A DNA stretch of 64,000 bases from an uncultured Bacteroidales bacterium (lineage in GTDB: Bacteria; Bacteroidota; Bacteroidia; Bacteroidales; FEN-979). Each line of letters begins with the position of its first letter. Position 1 is the first letter of the stretch. The position numbers were made by a program, and so were the translations under genes. Location of the stretch: assembly GCA_903929315.1 (NCBI GenBank), contig CAIYUC010000066.1:10523-74522 (forward strand). The letters run 5' to 3'. This document shows positions 7,798-16,558 of the stretch, one piece after another. The notes below the pieces were generated by a model. The model made no database searches. It was not told where the DNA came from and saw nothing but the letters and a program-made list of their open reading frames with translations.

Positions 7798-9471
7798 TTA
7801 CTCTATTTCAAGGTCAAGTTGCTCCTTCAAATCCCGCAGTGCCGGGTTTTTCCCGGCCATATACTCAAATTTTTCACGGTTGGTATATGGTTTTGACCCT
7901 TTTGGATTTTCAACCACGATAATTTGCAGGCTGATACTGGAATTATTGAGCTTTGTTTTTAAGAATTGAAGGAGATCGTTTTTTTTCTGATTCAACTTCT
8001 CATCCAAAAGTTTGTTTTCGACATAGAATTCGACAAGAAAATCGTCCTTCAGAATAGGCTTATGTTTCTTCACCGTACTATAGAGATCAGGGTAATCCCT
8101 ATGCAAAGATTCGCCGTATTCATCCCATGCATGCTCCAGTTCATTCTGCGAAAAGAGAGATGTCATCAGGTACGGTTCTTCTGTTTCAGTAACGGCAGGT
8201 ATTTCTTTTTCTGTGGATTGGTTTTTATCAGTCCCTTTTATGGAAATTGTTCCGGGAAAGGATTTCATATCTTTAGGTCTGACCGGTTCACCTTGTTTAG
8301 CGGTGGCAGGTTTCTCCGGTTCAGTCGGTTTTTTTTCGGTTACCGATGCAGGTTTTATCGGCAGGATTTTGATTTCCTGATCCGTTAGACTGCACATCTG
8401 CATCAGGGCAAGTTCGAGATGCAGCCGTTTGTTATTGCTGATTTTGTAATTGAGATCGCAACGGTTGCTGATATCGAGTATTTTTAGAAGGGAATCCACA
8501 GGGCATTGACCGGCTTGTATAAGGTACCGTGTACGTATCGTTGGAGCTGTCTCAATCAGCTTGATTGTCGCCGGATCTTTGGATACAAGGAGATTTCTGA
8601 GATGCTGACCGAACCCAACTAGAAAATGTTGTCCGTCAAACCCTTTATCCAGGATATCGTTTATCGTCAATAAAGTTGCTGAAATATCACCCTTCAGTAT
8701 CTCTTCTGTAATTTGAAAATAATATTCATAATCAAGGACATTGAGGTTCTCAAGAACGGTTTCATAGGTAAGGCTTCTTCCTGTAAAACTAACCAGCTGA
8801 TCAAAAATAGACAGGGCATCACGCATGGCGCCGTCTGCTTTCTGGGCAATGATGTGTAAGGCATTCTCTTCAGCCCCGATTTCTTCTTTAGAAGCTACAT
8901 ATTTCAGATGATCAACAATATCATCCACTGTGATCCTTTTGAAATCAAAGATCTGACAGCGGGATAAAATAGTAGGAATGATCTTGTGCTTTTCTGTAGT
9001 TGCCAGGATGAATTTAGCATAAGCCGGAGGTTCTTCCAGTGTTTTCAGAAAAGCATTGAAAGCGGATGCCGATAGCATATGAACTTCGTCGATGATATAA
9101 ACTTTGTATTTGCCCATCTGGGGAGGAATGCGGATCTTATCGACAAGATTCCGGATTTCGTCAACGGAATTATTCGAAGCGCCATCGAGCTCATAAATAT
9201 TAAAAGATGCATTTTCATTGAAGGAGATGCAAGAGGGGCATTGATCGCATGCTTCTATTTTTGCAGAAAGGTGCTCACAATTGATGGTCTTTGCCAATAT
9301 ACGGGCACAGGTAGTTTTTCCGACACCCCTGGGTCCGCAAAAAAGAAAGGCCTGTGCCACCTGATTGTTCCGGATGGCATTTTCCAGTGTGTTGGTTATG
9401 GATTTTTGACCTACTACTGTATCAAATGTCTGAGGTCGGTATTTTCGTGCTGAAACTATGAAATTCTCCAT
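7798..9471 (-). CDS. dnaX: DNA polymerase III subunit gamma/tau
   Basis: Begins YRPQTFDTVVGQ. Walker A is GPRGVGKTT, there is a CxxC zinc module (CDQCPSC), then DEVHML and SRC motifs. A Pro/Glu/Lys-rich linker starts near residue 375. Confidence 0.95.
   Translation of the reverse strand: MENFIVSARKYRPQTFDTVVGQKSITNTLENAIRNNQVAQAFLFCGPRGVGKTTCARILAKTINCEHLSAKIEACDQCPSCISFNENASFNIYELDGASNNSVDEIRNLVDKIRIPPQMGKYKVYIIDEVHMLSASAFNAFLKTLEEPPAYAKFILATTEKHKIIPTILSRCQIFDFKRITVDDIVDHLKYVASKEEIGAEENALHIIAQKADGAMRDALSIFDQLVSFTGRSLTYETVLENLNVLDYEYYFQITEEILKGDISATLLTINDILDKGFDGQHFLVGFGQHLRNLLVSKDPATIKLIETAPTIRTRYLIQAGQCPVDSLLKILDISNRCDLNYKISNNKRLHLELALMQMCSLTDQEIKILPIKPASVTEKKPTEPEKPATAKQGEPVRPKDMKSFPGTISIKGTDKNQSTEKEIPAVTETEEPYLMTSLFSQNELEHAWDEYGESLHRDYPDLYSTVKKHKPILKDDFLVEFYVENKLLDEKLNQKKNDLLQFLKTKLNNSSISLQIIVVENPKGSKPYTNREKFEYMAGKNPALRDLKEQLDLEIE
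8321..8337 (-). other. dnaX: Candidate -1 frameshift or slippage site in dnaX (A AAA AAA, then a -1 frame stop)
   Basis: In gene orientation the sequence is GAA AAA AAA CCG ACT GAA. The -1 frame after the A8 run reads ACC GAC TGA. See findings. Confidence 0.35.
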
Positions 9472-9505
9472 AAAAGACAGTCGAATTGGCTTGATTTTAA
9501 TGTTT

Positions 9506-9513
9506 CAAAGATA
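9506..9513 (-). promoter_or_regulatory. Bacteroidota-type -7 box TATCTTTG upstream of dnaX
   Basis: Matches TAnnTTTG on the minus strand, 34 nt upstream of the dnaX ATG. Confidence 0.4.
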
Positions 9514-9651
9514 CTAAACTTTTTGATGTTAACAGGTTTTGTCCTTTTCATATCTATTCTGCATTTTAATGAAAATACTAATCAATTTTCTTTTAGATGT
9601 AGTGTTAAGCTATATGTAATCGGACGCTTAAGCAGATACAGCAAGAGAATA

Positions 9652-9761
9652 GAACACGGATAACACAGATTTGACGGATTTATACAGGTCTTTTTTATCT
9701 AATTTGTAAGACTTTTAACACACACAAAGACCATTTAATCCGTTTTGTTTCACCCGTGTTC
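9652..9761. repeat. About 110-bp nested imperfect palindrome
   Basis: Three arm pairs nest around one centre: gaacacgg (9652) with ccgtgttc (9761), acggatt (9674) with aatccgt (9743), and ggtcttt (9687) with aaagacc (9732). Confidence 0.6.
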
Positions 9762-10027
9762 CATTGATGCAAGTTGATTGTTATGGCGTGCAAATTGCTT
9801 ATCTGCCAAGAACAATATAACCTGATTTACAATAATTTATGCAATTAGGTTGGACACTTATTAACAATTCATTACGGTTTTCCGTAAAATACTTGACTTG
9901 AGTATTTAAATAGTCTATATTTATAGCTTGAAAATGAATTATATATGCAATCAATGACATGTGAATAAATAATAAATACTGTTATTTCATTTCAAAAAAT
10001 TTTATAGATTATTAACCAAAAACAAAA

Positions 10028-11494
10028 ATGAAATCCTTTTACAGAACATCTTCCCTGTTATGTATTTTCCTTGTCAGCATCTTTTTTAAAAAAGATATCA
10101 ATAGTGAATACATTCTTCCTGCTTATGCAAGCTCTGTATTTGCAACAAACCTGTACCATGATGGTTTTAATGATATTATAGTCGGCCACACTGTCGGATG
10201 GGGTTACAACAACCCGGCAATAACATTAATGAAAAATATTTATTTTGGAACTTTTGAATTAACAGATACTACTAAATGTTTTTGCGGAGGGCAAGATAAT
10301 ATCTTCGCAGTGGATGTTAATAATGATGGTTGGCCTGATATTGTTGCGTTCTATATAGATTTTTCAACAGGAACTGTTCGTAATTATGTTAGGATATATT
10401 ACAACGATAATGGTAATTTCCCGAATGACAATTACAGGGATTTTAATCTGAACAGTTCTGCAATTTTTACAGATATTACTTACGGAGACATTAATGGCGA
10501 TGGATATATTGACCTTATCGTTTCATCTAATAATTGGAATTTTTGGGGCATTTTATACAATAATGGAAATGGTGGTTTTTCATCACCAGTATATTATACT
10601 CTTTCCGGACCTGTTTCGGCTATATGTTGTGGGGATCTCAATGGAGATGGGTGTGATGATATTGTGATTTGCGCTGCGGATACTAAGATTTATTTTGGCT
10701 ACCCTACCGGTTTTCAACTTCTGACTCTTGATCCATATGTTTTTATGCAGCATGCCGCAATAGTAGATTTTGATCTGGATGGTAAAAGAGATATCCTTAC
10801 CCAGGTATATGTTTGGACGGGCCAATTTTCAATTCTCAGGATATTCAAAAATCTTGGTAATAATGCCTTTCAGCAACTTCCTGATCTGATTTTTCAGGGA
10901 GGTGTGGGTCCTCTGGTAACTTCTGATTTCAATAACGACGGCTTACCTGATGTATTATTTACAGGTATCAATGGACATATTATATGGTATAACCAGGGAA
11001 ATTTTCAACTTGCAGATTCACAATATGTTGCAATTCCATATCATGGAGGAACCTCTGCAAAGGTCTGTTGTGCCGATCTTGATAATAATGGATTTAATGA
11101 TATTATAACTGTAAGTTATGGAGTAGCACAAAATTACCCTTCTTTGGATATCATGTTTAATGATGGTCATGGAAATTTCACTCCCAACCCGATTGTAGGT
11201 AATCAAGAAAAAGATGATATTGTGTCTTCATTAAAGAATTATCCCAATCCGTTTCAGGATGAAACCACATTTGAATTCTATATTAAAGAAACATCATTGG
11301 TAGAATTATCCGTATTTGACCTTCAGGGCAGGTTTACTACATGCCTTATCAATCAAAAATTGGAGACAGGTTTACATTCTATAAAATGGCGCGGGCTTGA
11401 CAACGGCGATCAACCATCCAAGCCCGGCGCTTTCATTGCTTACCTGAAGGTAAACGGTAAAATCTGCCGTACAATCAAAGTAGTCAAAACTTAA
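10028..11494 (+). CDS. FG-GAP/VCBS-repeat beta-propeller protein with T9SS C-terminal sorting domain
   Basis: Hydrophobic N-terminus. Repeated Ca-binding-like loops: DVNNDGWPDIV, DINGDGYIDLIV, DLNGDGCDDIVI, DFNNDGLPDVLF, DLDNNGFNDIIT. C-terminus is YPNPFQDETTFEF...YLKVNGK...VVK. Confidence 0.85.
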   Translation: MKSFYRTSSLLCIFLVSIFFKKDINSEYILPAYASSVFATNLYHDGFNDIIVGHTVGWGYNNPAITLMKNIYFGTFELTDTTKCFCGGQDNIFAVDVNNDGWPDIVAFYIDFSTGTVRNYVRIYYNDNGNFPNDNYRDFNLNSSAIFTDITYGDINGDGYIDLIVSSNNWNFWGILYNNGNGGFSSPVYYTLSGPVSAICCGDLNGDGCDDIVICAADTKIYFGYPTGFQLLTLDPYVFMQHAAIVDFDLDGKRDILTQVYVWTGQFSILRIFKNLGNNAFQQLPDLIFQGGVGPLVTSDFNNDGLPDVLFTGINGHIIWYNQGNFQLADSQYVAIPYHGGTSAKVCCADLDNNGFNDIITVSYGVAQNYPSLDIMFNDGHGNFTPNPIVGNQEKDDIVSSLKNYPNPFQDETTFEFYIKETSLVELSVFDLQGRFTTCLINQKLETGLHSIKWRGLDNGDQPSKPGAFIAYLKVNGKICRTIKVVKT

Positions 11495-11512
11495 ACTATA
11501 GGAGAATTTACC

Positions 11513-12976
11513 ATGACAAAATTAAAGACTTTTCTTTCAGTTCTAATTATTTTCTTTTCACTTACAGGATTACAGGCACAGTTTTCCAGAGACGATGCAA
11601 TTCATCTTGTACTTGATCAAATACTTATAAATGACATTGGTAATATTAATGTTTATGCGTCTTGGGAGGCGGCAACGGATGACCAACCATTATTGTTGCC
11701 TAATCATGATCAACTCCAATATCCTTATCTTAACAATTGGATATTTTTTGTTAATGATAACCCTTATGGTTTATGGATACATCCCTGCCGTTATATTTTT
11801 GTGGATGAAGCAACTGGACAATATAGCGTTATTGACGAGGTAGTTTATCCAATTGGACTTACAGATAAATTCGAGATTATTTCGCAAATACCACAAATTC
11901 AACCAAAGCCGTCAACTTCACAACCAAGGATTTTGCCGACTGTTATACCTAATTCACATTTATATGCCGTTCTTATTATTGGAGGTAGCGATACATGCTT
12001 CTGGAATGATCTTTCTGCTATGTATTCAACCTTAATCCAGAAATATGGTTATAAGAAAGAAAATATTTTTGTTCTCTATTTTACCGGCATTCAATCTGGA
12101 TCAAGTAACCCACTGAATGATTTGGATGGCGATCATATATATAATGACATTGACTATCCGGCATACATAGATAGTGTACACAATATATTCCATTATCTTG
12201 CAGGCTTAGCAACAGATCCCTCCCATAAGGTCCCGGAACTTAAGGCTGATGATCAACTCTTTATTTATACTGGTGATCATGGTAGTTATTACTTTACTCC
12301 GAATTTTCATTCTTCCATTTGCTTACCTCAACCAGTTCCTAACGAATATCAATGGGATTACCTTACCGATTTGGATTTTACAAGTTCCATCCAGCACATT
12401 AAGTGTGGTCAGATGATAATTGTCATGGGGCAATGCTTTTCCGGCGGATTTGTAGCTCCTGTTATGGATTACACAACCTATCCTCCCGCATGTAAAAACA
12501 GGACAATTCATACGAGTTGTGGTTCAAATTCAATACAAGTTGGAGGTCTTGAACATTATATTACTAATAATTCATTTTCCGAGTTTATGTTTTACTGGAC
12601 AGCAGCGGTAAGAGGGTATTTCCCACGCATTGAAAACGCTGGTTCGCAAAATCCTATTATCATGCCATGGAAGAATGGTGACGCGGTGTTCCCATTCCCA
12701 ACAACATGGCTATCTTGTTTTCCTACGCAAGGTCTGTCACATCCAGTCTGCGATGATCATTCCTTACCACAGTATATCCCTGATCCGGATTTAAACCATG
12801 ATGGCATTATAACAATGGACGAAGCATTCTCTTACGCTGATAATATGGATTCGTACACAGGTTATCAAATAAATAATAATTACTATTGTCCTCCGACCCA
12901 ATGCTCCGCCCCCCCCAAATCCACCAATACAGTGTCCGGAAATTCCAGACAGTATGAAGAATATCTGTTTTCATGA
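11513..12976 (+). CDS. Clan CD (legumain/C13-like, caspase-fold) cysteine peptidase domain protein; probable N-terminal half of a split gene
   Basis: Signal peptide is MTKLKTFLSVLIIFFSLTGLQAQ. YAVLIIGG, the His-Gly motif LFIYTGDHGS and the Cys motif IIVMGQCFSGGF are arranged as in legumain-type peptidases. There is a dockerin/EF-hand-like loop DPDLNHDGIITMDEAF. No T9SS domain is present. The 3' end overlaps the next ORF by 23 nt. Confidence 0.75.
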   Translation: MTKLKTFLSVLIIFFSLTGLQAQFSRDDAIHLVLDQILINDIGNINVYASWEAATDDQPLLLPNHDQLQYPYLNNWIFFVNDNPYGLWIHPCRYIFVDEATGQYSVIDEVVYPIGLTDKFEIISQIPQIQPKPSTSQPRILPTVIPNSHLYAVLIIGGSDTCFWNDLSAMYSTLIQKYGYKKENIFVLYFTGIQSGSSNPLNDLDGDHIYNDIDYPAYIDSVHNIFHYLAGLATDPSHKVPELKADDQLFIYTGDHGSYYFTPNFHSSICLPQPVPNEYQWDYLTDLDFTSSIQHIKCGQMIIVMGQCFSGGFVAPVMDYTTYPPACKNRTIHTSCGSNSIQVGGLEHYITNNSFSEFMFYWTAAVRGYFPRIENAGSQNPIIMPWKNGDAVFPFPTTWLSCFPTQGLSHPVCDDHSLPQYIPDPDLNHDGIITMDEAFSYADNMDSYTGYQINNNYYCPPTQCSAPPKSTNTVSGNSRQYEEYLFS

Positions 12977-14951
12977 GGATTTGCAATCATTAGGTGGCCT
13001 TGAAGGAGAAATAACAATTAATCGAACACTCGACAACAGAAGCTTTATTGCAGGTGGTCCGCTCGTAGTTGATAATAACTTAACTTTAACTTTTCCTGAT
13101 AAAGACCAAAATGGAAATTATCCACGGCTCTATTTTATCAATGACACTGCCGGGTTGTGGGTCAGATCGGGTTCAACTTTAATCCCCGGTCAAGGCATGT
13201 TATTTGCAGGAATGGATAATAATTCAATTTATATATTAAATGGTTCTTTTGGTTCACTCAATCAAGGAATCCTTCAAGTAAATCAAGTAACGTTTCAGAA
13301 TGAGTCACCGGCTGATAAATTTGGAGGCCTTTATTTGGAAAACCTGAATAATACGACGATGAGTAATGTAACATTCAATCATACCGGATTTGTAAAATTT
13401 AATTCGACATCGTTAACGATTAACAACAATTCTCATTTTACACATTGTGATTATTTTGACACTCAGGGTGGAAACGTTACCATTTCAAATTCTTCTTTTG
13501 ATAATACCGCTATCTATCTCGGTGTTCATAGTGATGGCTGGACAGCCAATATAGATAATAATACCTTTTCTTCCTCCTCTAACCCTTATGATTGTGATAT
13601 GCTTGATATTAACAATTTCAGTTATTTTAACATACATGATAATGTGATTTCAAATGCAAATCATAACGGAATAGGATTATATTACAGTGGACACGGGATT
13701 CCCGGAAACCGAAACATTCAAAATAATCATATTACATATTGCGGGGAATACGGAATAAATGTATTTAACTCAAATGCAGTAGTTAAAAATAATCAAATTC
13801 ATCATAATAATCGTGGGGTTAATTCACTTAATTCAACTTATCTTCAAATCCTTGGAAATCCAAATGCGAATAATTCGACCGAAACACAAATGATCGTTGA
13901 CAATTACGATTATGAAATATACACAGCTAAAGAGAGTTTTCCTGTAATCAAGAATACGATGATCTACGATAATAACGATTATTCAGGATATCTTATATTC
14001 AATGATGACGGCTCTTGCAATCATTGTTATGATGTTACTTATAATTGTTGGGAAGACAATCACATACCGGATCAGTTATATCCAAGTGAATCATATACCT
14101 GGAATCCAACATGGTGTCCGCATGATCCTGATCAACCGCAATATGGACAGGATGAAGATATGTTGAATAACGCTGACAGTCTTTTCGGAACAGGGAACTA
14201 TGCTGAAGCCGAAAACCTTTATTTTTCAATTGTTAACCTGTTCCCGCATACCAAAAGTTCACAATCAGCTCTTAAAGAATTATTTGATGTCGAGCAATAT
14301 TCTGAAAACGATTATAACACCTTGAAGCAATATTATCTCACAAATGATTCCATCCATGCTGATACCAATCTGGAAAAACTTGGAGAATTCCTGGCCAACC
14401 GTTGCGATGTCCAAATGCATAACTGGTCACAGGCAATTAATTGGTATGAAAACAGGATCATGAACCCTCCCTCAGATGTTGATAGCATTTGTGCAATCAT
14501 TGATCTTGAAGCATTATACCTGCTTATGGAAAACGATAGTACTAAATCCTCTTATATAGGGAAACTACCTCAGTATAAACCCACAACAGTAGTTCGTTAT
14601 CGCATTTATAGAGATTCACTGATTGCATTATTGCCTTTCAAACACAAGACAACCCCATTGCCAACTCCAATAACAAGTCTTAAGATAAACGAATTGCTTC
14701 AAAACAACCCTAATCCATTTTCTACTTCTTCGGATATATGGTATAAACTTGATCCCAATTGTTATCAAGCCTTTATAAAGATTACAGACTTTACAGGGAG
14801 GATTTGCAACTTGATTCAGCTATCAGAGTTTTCTGAAGGATCTCACAAGGTAACTATTGACGCTTACACGTTAAATCCTGGTATTTACCTGTACTCCTTA
14901 GAGGTAAACGGGAAGATTACCGATACAAAGAAAATGGTGGTGATCAGATAG
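12954..14951 (+). CDS. Parallel beta-helix repeat protein with helical (TPR-like) region and T9SS C-terminal domain; probable C-terminal half of a split gene
   Basis: PbH1-like repeats are present (IHDNVISNANHNGIGLYYSG, IQNNHITYCGEYGINVFNSNAVVKNNQIHHNNRGV). C-terminus is NPNPFSTSSDIWY...GIYLYSLEVNGK..KKMVVIR. There is no signal peptide at the annotated Met. Confidence 0.75.
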   Translation: MKNICFHEDLQSLGGLEGEITINRTLDNRSFIAGGPLVVDNNLTLTFPDKDQNGNYPRLYFINDTAGLWVRSGSTLIPGQGMLFAGMDNNSIYILNGSFGSLNQGILQVNQVTFQNESPADKFGGLYLENLNNTTMSNVTFNHTGFVKFNSTSLTINNNSHFTHCDYFDTQGGNVTISNSSFDNTAIYLGVHSDGWTANIDNNTFSSSSNPYDCDMLDINNFSYFNIHDNVISNANHNGIGLYYSGHGIPGNRNIQNNHITYCGEYGINVFNSNAVVKNNQIHHNNRGVNSLNSTYLQILGNPNANNSTETQMIVDNYDYEIYTAKESFPVIKNTMIYDNNDYSGYLIFNDDGSCNHCYDVTYNCWEDNHIPDQLYPSESYTWNPTWCPHDPDQPQYGQDEDMLNNADSLFGTGNYAEAENLYFSIVNLFPHTKSSQSALKELFDVEQYSENDYNTLKQYYLTNDSIHADTNLEKLGEFLANRCDVQMHNWSQAINWYENRIMNPPSDVDSICAIIDLEALYLLMENDSTKSSYIGKLPQYKPTTVVRYRIYRDSLIALLPFKHKTTPLPTPITSLKINELLQNNPNPFSTSSDIWYKLDPNCYQAFIKITDFTGRICNLIQLSEFSEGSHKVTIDAYTLNPGIYLYSLEVNGKITDTKKMVVIR

Positions 14952-14981
14952 GAAATTATTGTTTCTAACCGGTTGAAAATT

Positions 14982-16373
14982 ATGTTTAAAAAAATGCTTA
15001 TCCTGATGTTTTTGTATCCGGTTTGTTTGCATGCTCAACAAAACTGGTATAAATCTTCTCGATTTGATTATATGTGGAAGAATGTAGGAAGTTCCGGATT
15101 CTCATCAGGATGGGTGACTTACACCAGCCTTGGCTTCAGCCCGGCAGATGGGGAACCTTACCTTGCCTACTCAGATTGGGCACATAGCAAGAAAGCTACG
15201 GTCATGAAATTTGATGGCGCCAATTGGGTTACCGTTGGTACAGAGGGTTTCTCAACAGCATCAGCCGGTTTTACCAGCCTTGCATTCAGCCCTTCCGATC
15301 ATTTGCCTTATGTTGCTTTTGAGGATTGGGGGGCTTCCTATAAAGCCACACTGATGAAATTTGATGGGACCAATTGGTTGAATGTCGGTACTGCCGGGTT
15401 TTCAGCCGGGGAAGCCCAATATATAAGTCTTGCGTTCAGCCCGACTGGTGAACCATATGTAGCATACGAGGATGGGGGAGATTCTCTAAAGGCAACGGTA
15501 ATGAAATTTAATGGAACAAACTGGGAAAATGTCGGAAGCGCTGGATTTTCAATGGGAGGGGTTCAGTTTACTAACCTCTCCTTTAGTCCATCCGGCCACC
15601 CATACCTGGCTTATGCTGATTATTCAGATTCCTTTAAATGCAATGTCAGGAAATTTGATGGAACCAATTGGGTGAATGTGGGCAGTGCCGGATTTTCAGA
15701 AGCAAGTGCATCTTATATTAGCCTTGCCTTCAGTCCATCTGACGGCCTGCCTTATGTTGCTTTTTCAGACGCCGGAAATAATGAGAAAGCCACGGTAATG
15801 AAGTTCGCCGGAACTTCCTGGGTGAATGTCGGAAATCCAGGCTTTTCATCAGGAGAGGCATGGTATACAAGTCTTGCATTCAATCCTTCCGGTAAACCTT
15901 ATGTGGCTTTTATGGATTGGGGAAATTTTAAAAAAGCTACTGTAATGACGTTTGACGGGACCAACTGGGTGAATATGGGAGATCCTGGTTTCTCAAAAGG
16001 AGAAGCCGTTTATACCAATCTTGCCTGCAGTCCATCGGATGGACAACCTTATGTGGCATATGAGGATTATGGGAATGCCTATAAAGCAACATTGATGAAA
16101 TACGATTCTGTTTATGTAGGAATCGAAAAGACGAAGAATCTTAGATTTTCAATTTACCCTAATCCGGCAACGGATAAAATTCTGCTTGAAATGCCAGCGT
16201 TGCCTGAAGCATGCACCCTGGTTATCGAAAATATCACGGGGAAGGAAGTAATCAAAAAATCAATTACGGAACCTCAGGTCCAGATTGATCTTACCGGTTT
16301 ATCACGTGGTGTTTATTTCGTGAAAATTAAAGGTCAACAGATTCAATATATTGAAAAGATCATAAAGGATTAG
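14982..16373 (+). CDS. Secreted protein with seven ~47-aa repeats (probable beta-propeller) and T9SS C-terminal domain
   Basis: The ATG at 14982 is preferred over the TTG at 14973. Signal-like MFKKMLILMFLYPVCLHAQ. The repeat unit is GFSxGxAxYTSLAFSPSDGxPYVAYxDxGxxxKATVMKFDGTNWVNVG. C-terminus is YPNPATDKILLE...GVYFVKI. Confidence 0.85.
   Translation: MFKKMLILMFLYPVCLHAQQNWYKSSRFDYMWKNVGSSGFSSGWVTYTSLGFSPADGEPYLAYSDWAHSKKATVMKFDGANWVTVGTEGFSTASAGFTSLAFSPSDHLPYVAFEDWGASYKATLMKFDGTNWLNVGTAGFSAGEAQYISLAFSPTGEPYVAYEDGGDSLKATVMKFNGTNWENVGSAGFSMGGVQFTNLSFSPSGHPYLAYADYSDSFKCNVRKFDGTNWVNVGSAGFSEASASYISLAFSPSDGLPYVAFSDAGNNEKATVMKFAGTSWVNVGNPGFSSGEAWYTSLAFNPSGKPYVAFMDWGNFKKATVMTFDGTNWVNMGDPGFSKGEAVYTNLACSPSDGQPYVAYEDYGNAYKATLMKYDSVYVGIEKTKNLRFSIYPNPATDKILLEMPALPEACTLVIENITGKEVIKKSITEPQVQIDLTGLSRGVYFVKIKGQQIQYIEKIIKD
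15081..16105. repeat. Seven tandem ~141-144-bp coding repeats
   Basis: These are the DNA counterpart of the 47-48-aa protein repeats. aaatttgatgg[ga]accaa[tc]tgg recurs along the segment. Confidence 0.8.
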
Positions 16374-16558
16374 AAAAAAGTTATTGACCTACGCTGTTAA
16401 TCGGTACTCAGGCGTGTCATCAGCGTTCTATTTTCTTGCCATATCCTCTTTAGTCAAAGCTAAATACTTAGTGTTACACAGAAAAAACATACGTGTTTCA
16501 TTGATCTTGCTGGAAAAAATTATGTAATTTGGCCTCTGTTTCAAGTCTGAATGATGCC

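Noticed and set aside
7979-7986. A second A8 run in dnaX (CAG AAA AAA AAC)
   Set aside because: It lies about 60 codons from the natural stop. Its -1 frame continues for about 12 codons. A shift here would not produce a gamma-like product, so I treat it as ordinary Lys codons.
7966-8388. 140-aa plus-strand ORF inside dnaX
   Set aside because: It is antisense to dnaX and has an Phe/Arg-rich composition from the reverse of Lys/Glu codons.
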